From Thermoplasmata archaeon (GTDB lineage: Archaea; Thermoplasmatota; Thermoplasmata; Lutacidiplasmatales; UBA184): a stretch of 64,000 nt of DNA. Of this stretch, positions 47,443-57,840 are shown in pieces; within the stretch, counting starts at the first letter, position 1; each line of letters opens with the position of its first letter. Below the pieces are notes generated by a model. It saw nothing but the letters and a program-made list of their open reading frames with translations. It was not told the origin of the DNA and ran no database searches. The DNA lies in assembly GCA_022750435.1 (NCBI GenBank), contig JAKIVS010000001.1:102542-166541 (forward strand). Reading direction: 5' to 3'. The position numbers were made by a program, and so were the translations under genes.

Positions 47443-48683
47443 CGGAGGGCCTCCGCGAGGGGCAATCGCAGGGCGGCCCGGGCCGCCGCCGCGCTCGCCA
47501 AGAGGCAGAGCAGCACCGTGCCGACGCCGAGCTCGCCGAGGGTCCTCGGGTCGAAGACCGCGAGTCCGGCGATCACCGGGACCTCCCCGGAACCGAACGT
47601 CCGGAGGACGAGGATGGCGATCCAGCCGCCCGCAACCCCCGCGACGACACCGGAGGTGGCGATGGCCGCGGCCCGGCCGACAAGACCGGTGACGATGGAC
47701 CATCGGGGAAGACCGATCGCCCGGCGGATCCCAATCGACCGTCGCTCCGCCTCCACGCGTCGGAGCAGGACGAGGGTCAGGAACAGGAGGCCGATCACGA
47801 TCGCTGTCGCCGAAAGGGCGAGATAGAACCCGGTAAGGACCGCGTTCGCCTGGTCGAGCTCGACCACCTGGTCGGAGAGGGTCGTGACCCCATAGTAGGG
47901 CACGAGCGCTTGGATCGCGTTCGCGGCTTCCTGGACGTCGGAGGGGTTCGTGGACGCGGTCCCCGAGAGCGAGACTTCGACGGTATCGGACGCGTCGAGC
48001 AACGCGCCGGTGGTCCCGTTCGCCCGAGCTTCCCCGGTCAAGACCTGAAGGTCGGACAGGGGAACGATGACGGCAAATCCGGCGATCGGTCCAAGGACCC
48101 CGGACGGTGTCCCGAACTCCCCCGTCACGGTGTACGGCGTCGCCGAGGTCGCGTTCGCATCGTCGGCGACCCCGATCGTCCCTCCGATGCCGACCCCGAG
48201 CGCACTCGCCGTCGGTCCGGCGAGGAGGATGTCGTTCGTGGCAGGGCCCTCGTAGGTGCCGTTCGCGAAGTGGACGCTGTCGTCGGGGTCTCCGAGCGGG
48301 AGAGGCGACGGGAACGCGCTGCGCTCGGAGGGGCTCAACGTGGCGAGGAAGGGTCCAGGGAGGACCCCCTCGGCCAGCGCCGGCTCGCGCACCCCGGTCG
48401 GTCCGAACAGGTCGACGGCGGAGCTGAGGGCGGGCGAGGCGGCCGCCACGTTCGGCACCCCGTCGATCTCGCGGGTCAGGGCGTGCGAATTGCCGACGCC
48501 GTGCGTGCCGGGAGCCGAGACGGTGATCTCGAATCCGGAGCTTTCCAGCGCCGAGCGTTCGTGGCTGGACACGCCACCGCCGACCGACAGAAGGACGACG
48601 GGAAGGGCGACGGCCGTCGCGATCGCGGCGACCGCGAGCAGGTCTTGGAGCGCCGTATGGGAGAGGCGAGACCGGGGGCTCAC
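47439..48683 (-). CDS. FtsX/MacB-like ABC permease
   Basis: N-terminal TM, large extracellular domain, ERRSIGIRRAIG, three C-terminal TMs. Confidence 0.88.
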   Translation of the reverse strand: MSPRSRLSHTALQDLLAVAAIATAVALPVVLLSVGGGVSSHERSALESSGFEITVSAPGTHGVGNSHALTREIDGVPNVAAASPALSSAVDLFGPTGVREPALAEGVLPGPFLATLSPSERSAFPSPLPLGDPDDSVHFANGTYEGPATNDILLAGPTASALGVGIGGTIGVADDANATSATPYTVTGEFGTPSGVLGPIAGFAVIVPLSDLQVLTGEARANGTTGALLDASDTVEVSLSGTASTNPSDVQEAANAIQALVPYYGVTTLSDQVVELDQANAVLTGFYLALSATAIVIGLLFLTLVLLRRVEAERRSIGIRRAIGLPRWSIVTGLVGRAAAIATSGVVAGVAGGWIAILVLRTFGSGEVPVIAGLAVFDPRTLGELGVGTVLLCLLASAAAARAALRLPLAEALR

Positions 48684-49987
48684 GGGGCTCGAAGCTCCTC
48701 AGCGATCGGGAGGCGCACCGCGCGCACCGCCGGCAGGATTGCGGCCAGCAGGCCGATGATCAGCACCTCGACGACTGCCGTGCCCACCACGGTCCCGTCA
48801 AAGGCGACGAAGGAGAACCCGGCCGGAAGCCCCGGCAAGAGGCTGACGAGGAACCGATTGAGGAGGTATGCCCCCGCGAACCCTCCCGCCAGTCCGACCG
48901 CGAGGCCCAAGGCCGCGAGGGAGAGCGCCTCTTCGACCACGTAGCGGCCAATGGTGCTGCGCGCGAAGCCGATCGCGCGGAGGGTGGCGATCTCCTGGCT
49001 TCGGTCGTCGACCGACATGGTGAGCACGGTGGTCGCGAAGAGGGCGGCGACGATGAGGGCGACGAGGCCGATCAGCGTCCCGAAGGTCCGGTACAGGTCG
49101 ACCACCGATTGCACCGCGCCGAGGATGTTCGACAGCGTGAACACCGTGAGCGAGGGGAAAGCGCGCTGCAGGGTGCTCTGGTCCGACGACTGGTTCGACG
49201 GGTCGGTGAGGTGGACCAGGACCACCGACGCTTCGTCGTGGTCCACGACCGCCGCGCCCGCGAGGGTCTGGGCCTCCGAGAGATAGAAGAATCCGAGCAG
49301 GGCAGAGGGGATCAGGAAGAACGGACCCGAGATTCCGACGACGCGGAACGGGGTCGCGTTGTGGTACCAGCCGAGCGCCTGCGCGGGAGAGGCGAGCGAC
49401 TGCACGCTCACGTAGACGATGCTCCCGACGCTGGCCCGGAGGATGCCCGCCATCCCGTCATCGAGCACGACCTCGTGGGTGAACGGTCCGTTGTAGGTGC
49501 CGTTCGCGTAGTGGGGGTCGCCCGGACTCGAGAACCCCGGTCCCTGGGCCACCGACGGCGTGTCCAACCCAGTGTTCGCACCGGGGATCCACCCAACTCC
49601 CTCGCCGCTCGCCGGCCCCCAGCCGCCCGGGATGGCGGAGCCCGTCGGGGAAGCATTCGCTGCGGCGTAGAGCGAGGCGTTCGCGAAGACAAACGACGTC
49701 ACGAGCCAGGGACTGGCCGCCGCCACGTTTGGGTCGGCCCGGGCGAACCCTGTCGGAATCGAGTGCGCGTTGGTGACGGGCGGGAAGGTGGTGCCGCTCA
49801 GCGTCGTGTTCGCGCTGGTTGCGATCAGGTCGACCCCGCTCGCCGTGGCCAGTCGGGACGCGCTGCCTTCGACGCCGGCCGAGAGGGCAAGGAGGACGGT
49901 GACGAGCCCGGTCGCGAGGCCGATGCCGAGCGCGGTCAACGCCGAGCGTCCCGGCCGCCGACGGATGCCGTCCCAGGCGTACCGCAC
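48680..49987 (-). CDS. FtsX/MacB-like ABC permease
   Basis: RSALTALGIG, DRSQEIATLRAIG, LPIAEELR. Confidence 0.9.
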   Translation of the reverse strand: MRYAWDGIRRRPGRSALTALGIGLATGLVTVLLALSAGVEGSASRLATASGVDLIATSANTTLSGTTFPPVTNAHSIPTGFARADPNVAAASPWLVTSFVFANASLYAAANASPTGSAIPGGWGPASGEGVGWIPGANTGLDTPSVAQGPGFSSPGDPHYANGTYNGPFTHEVVLDDGMAGILRASVGSIVYVSVQSLASPAQALGWYHNATPFRVVGISGPFFLIPSALLGFFYLSEAQTLAGAAVVDHDEASVVLVHLTDPSNQSSDQSTLQRAFPSLTVFTLSNILGAVQSVVDLYRTFGTLIGLVALIVAALFATTVLTMSVDDRSQEIATLRAIGFARSTIGRYVVEEALSLAALGLAVGLAGGFAGAYLLNRFLVSLLPGLPAGFSFVAFDGTVVGTAVVEVLIIGLLAAILPAVRAVRLPIAEELRAP

Positions 49988-50009
49988 GGGCCGGCTCCTT
50001 CCGTCCCGC

Positions 50010-50915
50010 TCAGGTCGAGTGGGCGCGCAGTTCCCCGAGCGTGGTCCGGTGCGAGGAGGTCACGTCGTACTTGTGGATCGACTCCTCGCTGACGGTCACC
50101 ACTCTGACGCCGGTGGCATCGGGAAGGGCGGGGAATCGTCCGGGGAGCGAGGCGAGCAGGTCGCGCATGACGTCCTCGACGAATTTCGGGTGTCGGTGGG
50201 CGGTCAGCACCACGTCCGCCTCGTCGCCCCGTTTCAAAATCGCGTACGTCGGCGACGACTGGGCGCCCTCGACCGCTTCCAGAATCTGGTCGACCTCGAC
50301 CTCGGCGCCTTCCGGGAGGTCGAACGTGAGTCGGGTTCGATTGCGCTGGTTGTGGGTCACGATGGGCAAGGCGGCCATCGATGGGTCAGCGAGCAGTGGG
50401 AACTCCTTCGTCAGCTTCTCCCGCGCCGTCACCATCGCGCACGGGCACGCCGTCATGCCGACCGCCTCCCCCGCGATCGAACGTTCCAGGCTCACGGCCC
50501 CGTCGCTCCCCCGACGCGCCGTCGCCTCGGCGAACAACTGGAAGTCTTCGAGACTCTGACGAGCCGCCGAGATCCCCCGAAGCGCGAAGTAGAGCGCCTC
50601 GGCGCGCACCTCGGCGTCGTTGGCGTACGGGTGGCGGGCGAGGAGCTCCGTCGCGATGGTGGAGCAGGCGGATTCGAGGCTCTCGACCGGTCGTTGGGAG
50701 GTCCAGTCGACGACCTCCGCGAGCAGCTCGGCGTTCCGGGAGAGGTCCGACCCCTTCCGGTTCGACGGGAGGTCGACGGCGACCGAGAAGGAAACGGTCA
50801 GGGTGACCGCCCGCTCCGGGCGCTGCACGACGAGCGGCTTCTGAACGCCGGTGACACCGACCCGGTGGAGCTCGAGGCGTCCGTGGGTGGGCGCCATCGC
50901 GTGGACGTCCTTCAT
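50010..50915 (-). CDS. mptA: GTP cyclohydrolase MptA/FolE2 family
   Basis: RVGVTGV, GMTACPC, THNQR, LKRGDE, PKFVED, ESIHKYD. Confidence 0.9.
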   Translation of the reverse strand: MKDVHAMAPTHGRLELHRVGVTGVQKPLVVQRPERAVTLTVSFSVAVDLPSNRKGSDLSRNAELLAEVVDWTSQRPVESLESACSTIATELLARHPYANDAEVRAEALYFALRGISAARQSLEDFQLFAEATARRGSDGAVSLERSIAGEAVGMTACPCAMVTAREKLTKEFPLLADPSMAALPIVTHNQRNRTRLTFDLPEGAEVEVDQILEAVEGAQSSPTYAILKRGDEADVVLTAHRHPKFVEDVMRDLLASLPGRFPALPDATGVRVVTVSEESIHKYDVTSSHRTTLGELRAHST

Positions 50916-51020
50916 CGGCGCGGCCCACCCGGGACGTCCTTAAACGGCTTGTCGCCCGCAGTGTACCGACGGCCACCTACTCCTGCGACGTTATACCCGA
51001 CGCCGCGCTCGGTTCGAACG

Positions 51021-51440
51021 ATGGACGACGCTGCGGCCACCACGGGACCCTCCGCCCCGACCGGGGCCACCGGCCCCGCAACTCCCGCGATCCCCGCGCC
51101 GGCAGCACCGGCGACGGCCGCCGCCTCCGGTCCCCACGCCGAGGTCGAGGCCGCGATCACGAAGGAACTGAAGAAGATCTACGACCCCGAGATCCCGATG
51201 AACATCGTGGACCTCGGGCTCATCTACGGCTTCGAGTGGAAGAGCGAGGAGGACGTCGTCCTCCACATGACTCTCACTTCGCCAGGGTGCCCGGTCGCCG
51301 GCGTCCTGGCCGAGGAGATCAAGATCGTCATGGAAAAGGTCCCCAAGGTCGCGAAGGCGACCGTCGACTTCGTCTGGGAGCCTCCGTGGTCCCCGGAGAA
51401 GATGAGCGAGTTCGCGCGCCGCCAGTTCGGCTACTTGTAA
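51021..51440 (+). CDS. DUF59/SufT-like metal-sulfur cluster assembly factor
   Basis: IYDPEIPMNIVDLGLIY, MTLTSPGCP, VWEPPW. Confidence 0.92.
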   Translation: MDDAAATTGPSAPTGATGPATPAIPAPAAPATAAASGPHAEVEAAITKELKKIYDPEIPMNIVDLGLIYGFEWKSEEDVVLHMTLTSPGCPVAGVLAEEIKIVMEKVPKVAKATVDFVWEPPWSPEKMSEFARRQFGYL

Positions 51441-53872
51441 CGCCGGCGCGCCCAGAGGGCGATCAGCGCGACCGCGACGACGGCGGCGATCAGGACGAGA
51501 ATCTCCGGAAGCAGCGCGGAGTTCGACGACGGCCCGGAGGGGGACGGGGGAGGGAGCGTCGTGTTGCCCGCCACCGTCACGCTCGTGGAATTCCGGACGG
51601 TCTGGTTCGCCTGGTCGGTCGCGGCCACCGTGACGGAGTAGTTCCCCACCAACGTGGGCGTGCAGGTGACCGTGGCCGTGGTCGGGGTCGAGCACCCGTC
51701 GGGGAGGCCGGACCACCGGAAGGCGAACGGAGCCGCACCGCCGGCCGTGGTCGCGGTGAACGTGACCGTCCCCTCGGCAGCGATCGTCGCGGTGGAGGCG
51801 GCAACCAGCACGGCGGGTTTGGCGTGACCGAGCACCGCGATCGATGTGGCGGAGACAACCGCATGGGCCGAATCCGTCACTTGAACCCCGACCTCATAAT
51901 TCGAGGCATCCGGCAGGGAGCAATTCGCGAGGGGTCCGGTAGAACTACATCCGGCGGGGAGGCCGGACCAAGCGTACTGAAGGGGGTAGGCTCCGCCCGA
52001 GACCGCGGCGCGGATCGAGAAGAGCGTTCCCTCGTCCGCGAGCACCTGCCCGGGGACGAGGGCGACGGCGAGAGCCCCGTAGATCTGGACCTCCTGGCCG
52101 GGGCTCAGTCGACTCGCTCCGACCGTGTCATTGACACTGACGAAGACGTACTGCGGACCCGGAGTGCTCGGCGTACAGTTGATCTCGACCCCACGGCCGA
52201 CACAGCCCGGGAAGGACGACCAGATGTATGTCACCCCGCCCGACCCGCCCGTGATCCTCGCCGTGAACGAGACGCTCTGGCCGACGTCGAGCGCCGTCGT
52301 GTTCGCCACGATCTGGACGTCGAGGGTCGCATAGACCTGGAACGGGTGCGGCCCCGCCGAGACGACACTGCCGTTCGCATCGCGGACTGTGACCGAGATG
52401 TTCGAGCTCCCCGTGACGTTCGGGAAGCAGTTGATCGTGCTCGCGTTCGCGGCAGGGCATCCGACCGGTAGGCCGGTCCAGTTGAACACCCAGTAGCCGA
52501 ACCCACCCGAGACCTCCGCGATGATCGATACGGCAAGTCCCTGGTCGGTCCCCGCGGCGGGGGTGGTCCGGATCCCGCCGATGGTCAACGGTCCTGGGAC
52601 GGTGATGTCCACGACGTTCGAGGGCCCGATGACATCTCCGTGTGCGTCGATGGCGAAGTCGTCGAACTTGTACGGCCCGGCGAGCCCGGCGCGCCAGCCC
52701 CAGGTCAGATTCCCCGTCCCGGAGATCACGCCGTTGACCCTCCAGATCGTGGAGTACGGTCCGACGCCGCCGGTCACGTTCGTCGTGAAGTTCACGAGGG
52801 TCCCGGCGGTCGGAGTGGAGGGTCCGCCGCTCAGGGAGACCGATGTCAACCGGGTCGGGTCCGTCTCGTAGCGGAAGCCGTACGCCGAGTTCTGCAGGGA
52901 GTAGTTCTCCCCGTCGGCCCAGCGCGGGCCGTAGGACGTCCCGCTCGCCGTGTTGACGTACTGGCTCGCCGGGTCCCCCGGTCCGATCGACTCCGTCCCG
53001 TTGCTCGAGGCGTAGCAGAGCGCCCGGGAACCGTTCGATTGGAACAGGTCGAACTCGTCGGACCACGGGATGTAGTCGGTGACGTACGTCCCGTTCGCGA
53101 ACTCGTACTCGACCGTGGGCATGTAGAGGTAGTCGGGGCACGAGGTGGCCGTGCTGTTGACGACCTCGGTCATCGTGCCCGTGTAGTACCCGTTGGAGTC
53201 CGACGCGGTGCTGAGGAACTCCCACTTCGTCCCGCCGGAGTTGGGCTGGGCGTCGCACAACGTGTGGGAGACGGCCGTGGTCACGTCCTTCAAGGTCATG
53301 CAGCCGTTTCCGCCGCTGCTGAAGTAGATCGTGAGTTCGACGACGTCCCCGGCGGAGAGCGAGACAGTCGAATCGCAGGTGATGGGTCCGGAGTTCTGGG
53401 CGTTGTCCCACACCTCCGTGGCTTCCTCGAACCCGGAGTTGCACCCCGGCCAGTTGTCGGCAATGACGATCTGCCACCAGTCGCCGGAGTTCGTCAGTCC
53501 GTTGAGTTCGTAGGCGGTGGAATAGGGGCTGTTCACGAGGGGAATGTACTCGGAGAGACGTGCGACGCCCGTCGCGGAGCTCTCGTTCAGCGAGGAGATC
53601 GTCGAACCGGATTGCAGGTAGTACAGGTCGGATTGGGCGGGGCGGGACGGGGTCCGGAATGGGGCGATTCCCAGGTGGAGGCCGGGGGGAAGTCGGTAGA
53701 CGACGGCGCCGGCCCCACGTGCTCGGGCCGACCCGTAGTCCGTCGAGATGGGCTTTCCCGACGAGGGAGCCCCCCAGGAGGCCGCCACGCTCGTTGGGAG
53801 GAGGAGGACGAATACGCTGAGGGCCGCGAAAGCGACGGTCGCTCTGGACGTGCGAGGAACCCAACGAGGCAT
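51431..53872 (-). CDS. Secreted, membrane-anchored surface protein with Ig/PKD-like repeats
   Basis: Signal-like N-terminus, repeated GG.xY/F.WSGLPxGC units, C-terminal TM then RRR. Confidence 0.8.
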   Translation of the reverse strand: MPRWVPRTSRATVAFAALSVFVLLLPTSVAASWGAPSSGKPISTDYGSARARGAGAVVYRLPPGLHLGIAPFRTPSRPAQSDLYYLQSGSTISSLNESSATGVARLSEYIPLVNSPYSTAYELNGLTNSGDWWQIVIADNWPGCNSGFEEATEVWDNAQNSGPITCDSTVSLSAGDVVELTIYFSSGGNGCMTLKDVTTAVSHTLCDAQPNSGGTKWEFLSTASDSNGYYTGTMTEVVNSTATSCPDYLYMPTVEYEFANGTYVTDYIPWSDEFDLFQSNGSRALCYASSNGTESIGPGDPASQYVNTASGTSYGPRWADGENYSLQNSAYGFRYETDPTRLTSVSLSGGPSTPTAGTLVNFTTNVTGGVGPYSTIWRVNGVISGTGNLTWGWRAGLAGPYKFDDFAIDAHGDVIGPSNVVDITVPGPLTIGGIRTTPAAGTDQGLAVSIIAEVSGGFGYWVFNWTGLPVGCPAANASTINCFPNVTGSSNISVTVRDANGSVVSAGPHPFQVYATLDVQIVANTTALDVGQSVSFTARITGGSGGVTYIWSSFPGCVGRGVEINCTPSTPGPQYVFVSVNDTVGASRLSPGQEVQIYGALAVALVPGQVLADEGTLFSIRAAVSGGAYPLQYAWSGLPAGCSSTGPLANCSLPDASNYEVGVQVTDSAHAVVSATSIAVLGHAKPAVLVAASTATIAAEGTVTFTATTAGGAAPFAFRWSGLPDGCSTPTTATVTCTPTLVGNYSVTVAATDQANQTVRNSTSVTVAGNTTLPPPSPSGPSSNSALLPEILVLIAAVVAVALIALWARRRYK

Positions 53873-54000
53873 GTCGTACCCTGAAGGCAGGAAAAGTAGC
53901 CGCCCTCCGGCACATAAGGGCACGTCTCGGTCTCGGGTCGCCACCGGAGCGCGTTCGGCGCGCTCATGAATGGACCTGACTTCGGTCCGAAACCGTGGAG

Positions 54001-54984
54001 ATGTCGGCGTTCCTGGACGGGACGGATCCGGCGCTCCAACAGACGACGTGGGGGGCCGACCGGTCCCCCATCCTGACCCTCCGTCCCGGAGGACGGGTCC
54101 GCGTCGTCGTCCCCGATTCGTCCAGCGGCCAATTGTCGGAACGGTCCACCAAGCGGTCGCTTCGAGCCCTCGACTTCGAGCGGGTCGATGCCGCCGTCGG
54201 CCCCATCGAGATCGTCGGGGCGCGCGCCGGCGATCGGCTCGACGTAGCGATCCGCTCGATCCGGACGGGCCACTGGGGCTGGTCGGGAGTGTTCCGGGAC
54301 TTCGGCCTGCTCCAGGGGCAATTCGAGGACGACCTCCAAATCTGGAAAATCGGATCGAAGGAGGCCCGGCCCCGGGGCGGGTTCCTCCCCGACGTTACCA
54401 TCCCAACGCGACCTATGCTGGGGTGGATCGGGGTCGCGCCGTCCTCTGGACATCACCCGATGGTCCCCCCGCGAAGAACCGGAGGGAATCTCGACCACCG
54501 ATTCGTCGGAGCGGGCTCCGTACTGTCGCTCCCGGTCGAGGTCGACGGCGCCCTGCTGTCGATCGGCGACCCCCACGCGGCGCAGGGGGACGGGGAGGTC
54601 TCCGGCACCGGTATCGAGACGACCGCGGACGTCGAACTCGAGGTGCGGCTCGTACCCCGCGCCGCACCCCGGTTCCCCTTCGTGCGGGCACCGAGCCTTC
54701 CGGGAACCCCTGGCCCCGTTCTGGCGTCGCTCGGGGTCGGTCCGGAACTTCTCCCGGCGTCCGTGGAGGCCCTCGAGGGGCTCCTGGACCTGTTCGAGGG
54801 GAGAGGGATCTCGCGAAAATCGGGCTACCTTCTCGCGAGCATCGCGGGGGAGCTCCGGATCTCCGAGGCGGTCGACCTGCCGAACTACGTGGTGTCTGCG
54901 AGCTATCCGGAGCGCCTTCTCCCGCCAACAGGGGACCTTAAGGCGCGCCGCACGTCGGCGCGCCCGAGGCGGAGGGGACCATGA
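54001..54984 (+). CDS. Acetamidase/formamidase family protein
   Basis: GPIEIVGARAGD, TGGNLD, SIGDPHAAQGDGEVSGTGIE. Confidence 0.9.
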   Translation: MSAFLDGTDPALQQTTWGADRSPILTLRPGGRVRVVVPDSSSGQLSERSTKRSLRALDFERVDAAVGPIEIVGARAGDRLDVAIRSIRTGHWGWSGVFRDFGLLQGQFEDDLQIWKIGSKEARPRGGFLPDVTIPTRPMLGWIGVAPSSGHHPMVPPRRTGGNLDHRFVGAGSVLSLPVEVDGALLSIGDPHAAQGDGEVSGTGIETTADVELEVRLVPRAAPRFPFVRAPSLPGTPGPVLASLGVGPELLPASVEALEGLLDLFEGRGISRKSGYLLASIAGELRISEAVDLPNYVVSASYPERLLPPTGDLKARRTSARPRRRGP

Positions 54985-55700
54985 GCGAGTACCTGGAAGA
55001 GCTGGCCACGGAACGCGCGATGAAGGACCAGTTCATGTCGCGCCACGCCGAGTCCCCGTTCGTCCAGGGCTCCGTCTACGAATTCCGGGGTCTGAAGTAC
55101 TTCCCTCCCGACGAGAAGCTCCGCGTTCGCGCGACGCTCGAGCGCCTCCCGGAGCCGAAGGAGGCGTTCCTCCGCACCAACCGGGACGGACAGGCGGCGA
55201 TGCGATGGGTCGGCGAACTCCTCTTCACCATCGGGAGCCGCAAACTCCGACTTCGGGTCTACCATGCCGGCGAGGGAGTTGGAACGTCGGTGTTCGTCCC
55301 GTTCCGCGACGGCACGAGCGGCCAGGAGAGCTACGGCCCGGGGCGCTACCTCACGCTGGAGCTCAACGAGACCGACGCGTACGAACTCGATTTCAATCGC
55401 GCCTTCAACCCGTACTGCGCCTACACGGACGCGTACGAGTGCGGTTTCCCCCCGGCGGAGAACGACCTGCCGGTCCCGGTTCGTGCCGGGGAAAAGGTCT
55501 GGTCGACGGAGCACAACCCGCGTACGCCGTCCAGCGCCGTGATCGCCCTGCTTCCCCCCCGACCCCCAGCGAAGGGTGCGGCGACCGCGCCGACGAAGCC
55601 GCGGGCGAAGGCGATCCCCGCGAAGGTCCGAGGGAAGAAGGCGACCAAGAAGCCCGCTCCCCGGTCGGCGAAGCCGAAGGCGTCGAAGCGCCGCCGCTGA
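54981..55700 (+). CDS. DUF1684 family protein with a Lys/Ala/Pro-rich tail
   Basis: FVPFRDGTSGQESYGPGRYL, LDFNRAFNPYCAY, PPAEN. Confidence 0.85.
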   Translation: MSEYLEELATERAMKDQFMSRHAESPFVQGSVYEFRGLKYFPPDEKLRVRATLERLPEPKEAFLRTNRDGQAAMRWVGELLFTIGSRKLRLRVYHAGEGVGTSVFVPFRDGTSGQESYGPGRYLTLELNETDAYELDFNRAFNPYCAYTDAYECGFPPAENDLPVPVRAGEKVWSTEHNPRTPSSAVIALLPPRPPAKGAATAPTKPRAKAIPAKVRGKKATKKPAPRSAKPKASKRRR

Positions 55701-56333
55701 TCAGAGGTGCGGGGCGACCGCGAAGATCCCGTCCAGAACGAACTGGACCCCGACCGCGGCGAGCAGCAGCCCGAGGACGCGCGTCATCGCCATGACGCCG
55801 ACCCGGCCGAGATAGTGAAGGATCGCGGGCCCGTACCGGAGGGTGAGGAACGTGGCCACGGTCGTGATCGCGATCGCCACGAACGTCGCTAGGATGGAGA
55901 GTGGGTCCGAGCCGGCCGATCCCTCGTAGATCATCACCGTCGAGATCGCTCCCGGTCCAGCGAGGAGCGGGACGCCGATCGGAACGATTGCCACCTCGTC
56001 GCGGCGGGTGAGTGCGTCGGCGCGGTCCGCGTCCGCCAGCCGGGTGCGCGTCAGTTCGCCGTTCAGCATCTCGAAGGCGACCCAGAAGAGGAGGATGCCG
56101 CCGGCGATCTCGAACGCACCCAGCGTGAAGCCGAAGGCGGCGAAGACAAACCGGCCGGCGACGGCGAAGAGCGTGAGCACGGTGGCCAGGACGGCGACCG
56201 CCCGGCGGAGGACGACCTCGCGGTCTGCCTCCGGAAACCCCTCGGTGAGGGCCACGAAGAACGGGAGCGTGCCGATCGGGTCGACGATGGCGAAGACGCT
56301 GACGACGACCGCGACGAAGAACCCGATCTCCAC
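55701..56333 (-). CDS. MarC family membrane protein
   Basis: FAIVDPIG, IAGGILL, VPIGVPLLAGPGAI. Confidence 0.92.
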   Translation of the reverse strand: MEIGFFVAVVVSVFAIVDPIGTLPFFVALTEGFPEADREVVLRRAVAVLATVLTLFAVAGRFVFAAFGFTLGAFEIAGGILLFWVAFEMLNGELTRTRLADADRADALTRRDEVAIVPIGVPLLAGPGAISTVMIYEGSAGSDPLSILATFVAIAITTVATFLTLRYGPAILHYLGRVGVMAMTRVLGLLLAAVGVQFVLDGIFAVAPHL

Positions 56334-56470
56334 GCGCTGACCTCCGAAGTCGGCCGACGCGGTCCGGGGTATAGGCTCTCCGAGGCGACGGCGTGCGGCG
56401 CTCGAGGCAAGGGGGGACGAGGAGTGTGAGGCCGGAGGGACTATCTACCCGGTCCGAGGCTTCTCTCCTC

Positions 56471-56884
56471 GTGCCCGGCGCGGACGCCCGCGACCCGTCC
56501 GGGGCGGAGCGCCACTACAAAGGCTACCGGGTCTACGCCTACATCGCGCTCTCCCGGCTGTTCGGGGAGCTGAATCTCGACCTCGAGCAGGAGGGCTTGC
56601 CGGAGCGCGTTCGGGAGGCCCTCGTCCGGTACCAGGGCCGGGTCACGAAGGAGGAGATCCTCCATGCCATCCGCTCGAACTCCCACATGACGGAGAAGGT
56701 CCTAGCCTACCTGGCCACGGAAGGATTCGCGGAGGTCCGGCGTGACGAACACGGATACGACATCCGCATCACGCCGACCGGGGCCGAGCATCTGCGGCGC
56801 TACCATCGGCTCTATCGGGAGCTCTACGGGCGGGAGCTCGCCGAACACTACCGGTTCGTCCGCTCTCCCGAGTGGCTCGGGTGA
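56471..56884 (+). CDS. Winged-helix domain protein
   Basis: KVLAYLATEGF...IRITPTGAEHL, a wHTH-like C-terminal pattern. Confidence 0.65.
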   Translation: MPGADARDPSGAERHYKGYRVYAYIALSRLFGELNLDLEQEGLPERVREALVRYQGRVTKEEILHAIRSNSHMTEKVLAYLATEGFAEVRRDEHGYDIRITPTGAEHLRRYHRLYRELYGRELAEHYRFVRSPEWLG

Positions 56885-56896
56885 CCTGGCGTTGTC

Positions 56897-57709
56897 CTAT
56901 GGGACCCCGAGGACGTACGGCACGAAGTCGTACGTCCCGTCCGGGCCCTCGGTCACAATCTCCGTGGTGACCCGATAGCGCGCAAATCCCCGGGAGAGGA
57001 ATGCCGGCCGACCGACGGCCCATTCGTAGACGTCCTCCGGGATCGGCACGGCGCCGGTGCGCAGGAGGATGAGTCGTACGGGCGGCGCCGAGAGCCGGGA
57101 CACGATGCTCTGGGCATCGGCCGCCAGCTTGGCGAGGTCCGCCGTCGTCGGGGCCTCGGGCCCGAGGCGCGCGAGCACCGCGAAGCCGCTGTCCCCGCGG
57201 CCCGCCAACCGCCAGAGGAGACCGCCGGGTTTCTCAATCAGAAGCTCGAACGCGATGGAAGAACCGTGCCCCGAGAACTCCGTACGGTAGCGGAGCGCCT
57301 CGGGATGTTCCTTCAACAGCGATTCGATGGCGGGGCTCGTTTGCGCCATGTATCGGGCGAGCCTCTCGACGGGAGTCCGTCCGGCGGGGACTCGGACGAC
57401 CGGGTCGGCCTCGCGGAGCAATCGGATGGCACGGTGGCGCATCACGAACGACCGGAAGAATCCGTCCGTCTCCCGGAGCAGCGAGAGGCCGATCACCCCG
57501 GCAATGAGCCCAATCACCGAGAGGATGGCCAGCGTGAGGTTGCTGCCCAGCGTGATCAGGGTCACGAACGCGAGCAGTACGATCCACAGGACGAGGATCG
57601 TCGCCGTGTATCGATACATCCGGCGCACGGTCGGGGCGAGCTGGGCCACCCGGTCGGAGAGGTCAAAGATCGCCGAGATCGGGTCCTCGACGCCCCGGGG
57701 CTGGCTCAC
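56897..57709 (-). CDS. Hypothetical membrane protein
   Basis: Two TM helices followed by a soluble domain. TTTAT element upstream. Confidence 0.7.
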   Translation of the reverse strand: MSQPRGVEDPISAIFDLSDRVAQLAPTVRRMYRYTATILVLWIVLLAFVTLITLGSNLTLAILSVIGLIAGVIGLSLLRETDGFFRSFVMRHRAIRLLREADPVVRVPAGRTPVERLARYMAQTSPAIESLLKEHPEALRYRTEFSGHGSSIAFELLIEKPGGLLWRLAGRGDSGFAVLARLGPEAPTTADLAKLAADAQSIVSRLSAPPVRLILLRTGAVPIPEDVYEWAVGRPAFLSRGFARYRVTTEIVTEGPDGTYDFVPYVLGVP

Positions 57710-57840
57710 ACCGTTCGCTCGCGGCCCGGATAGATAAACCCCGCAGAAACACCGCGCTCTCCCCCCCGCCCGGCCCCGGGACTGGACCGACCGAGCTGCG
57801 CCTGAATCGAAACGACTTCATCTGGGACGAACGAGAGTAC

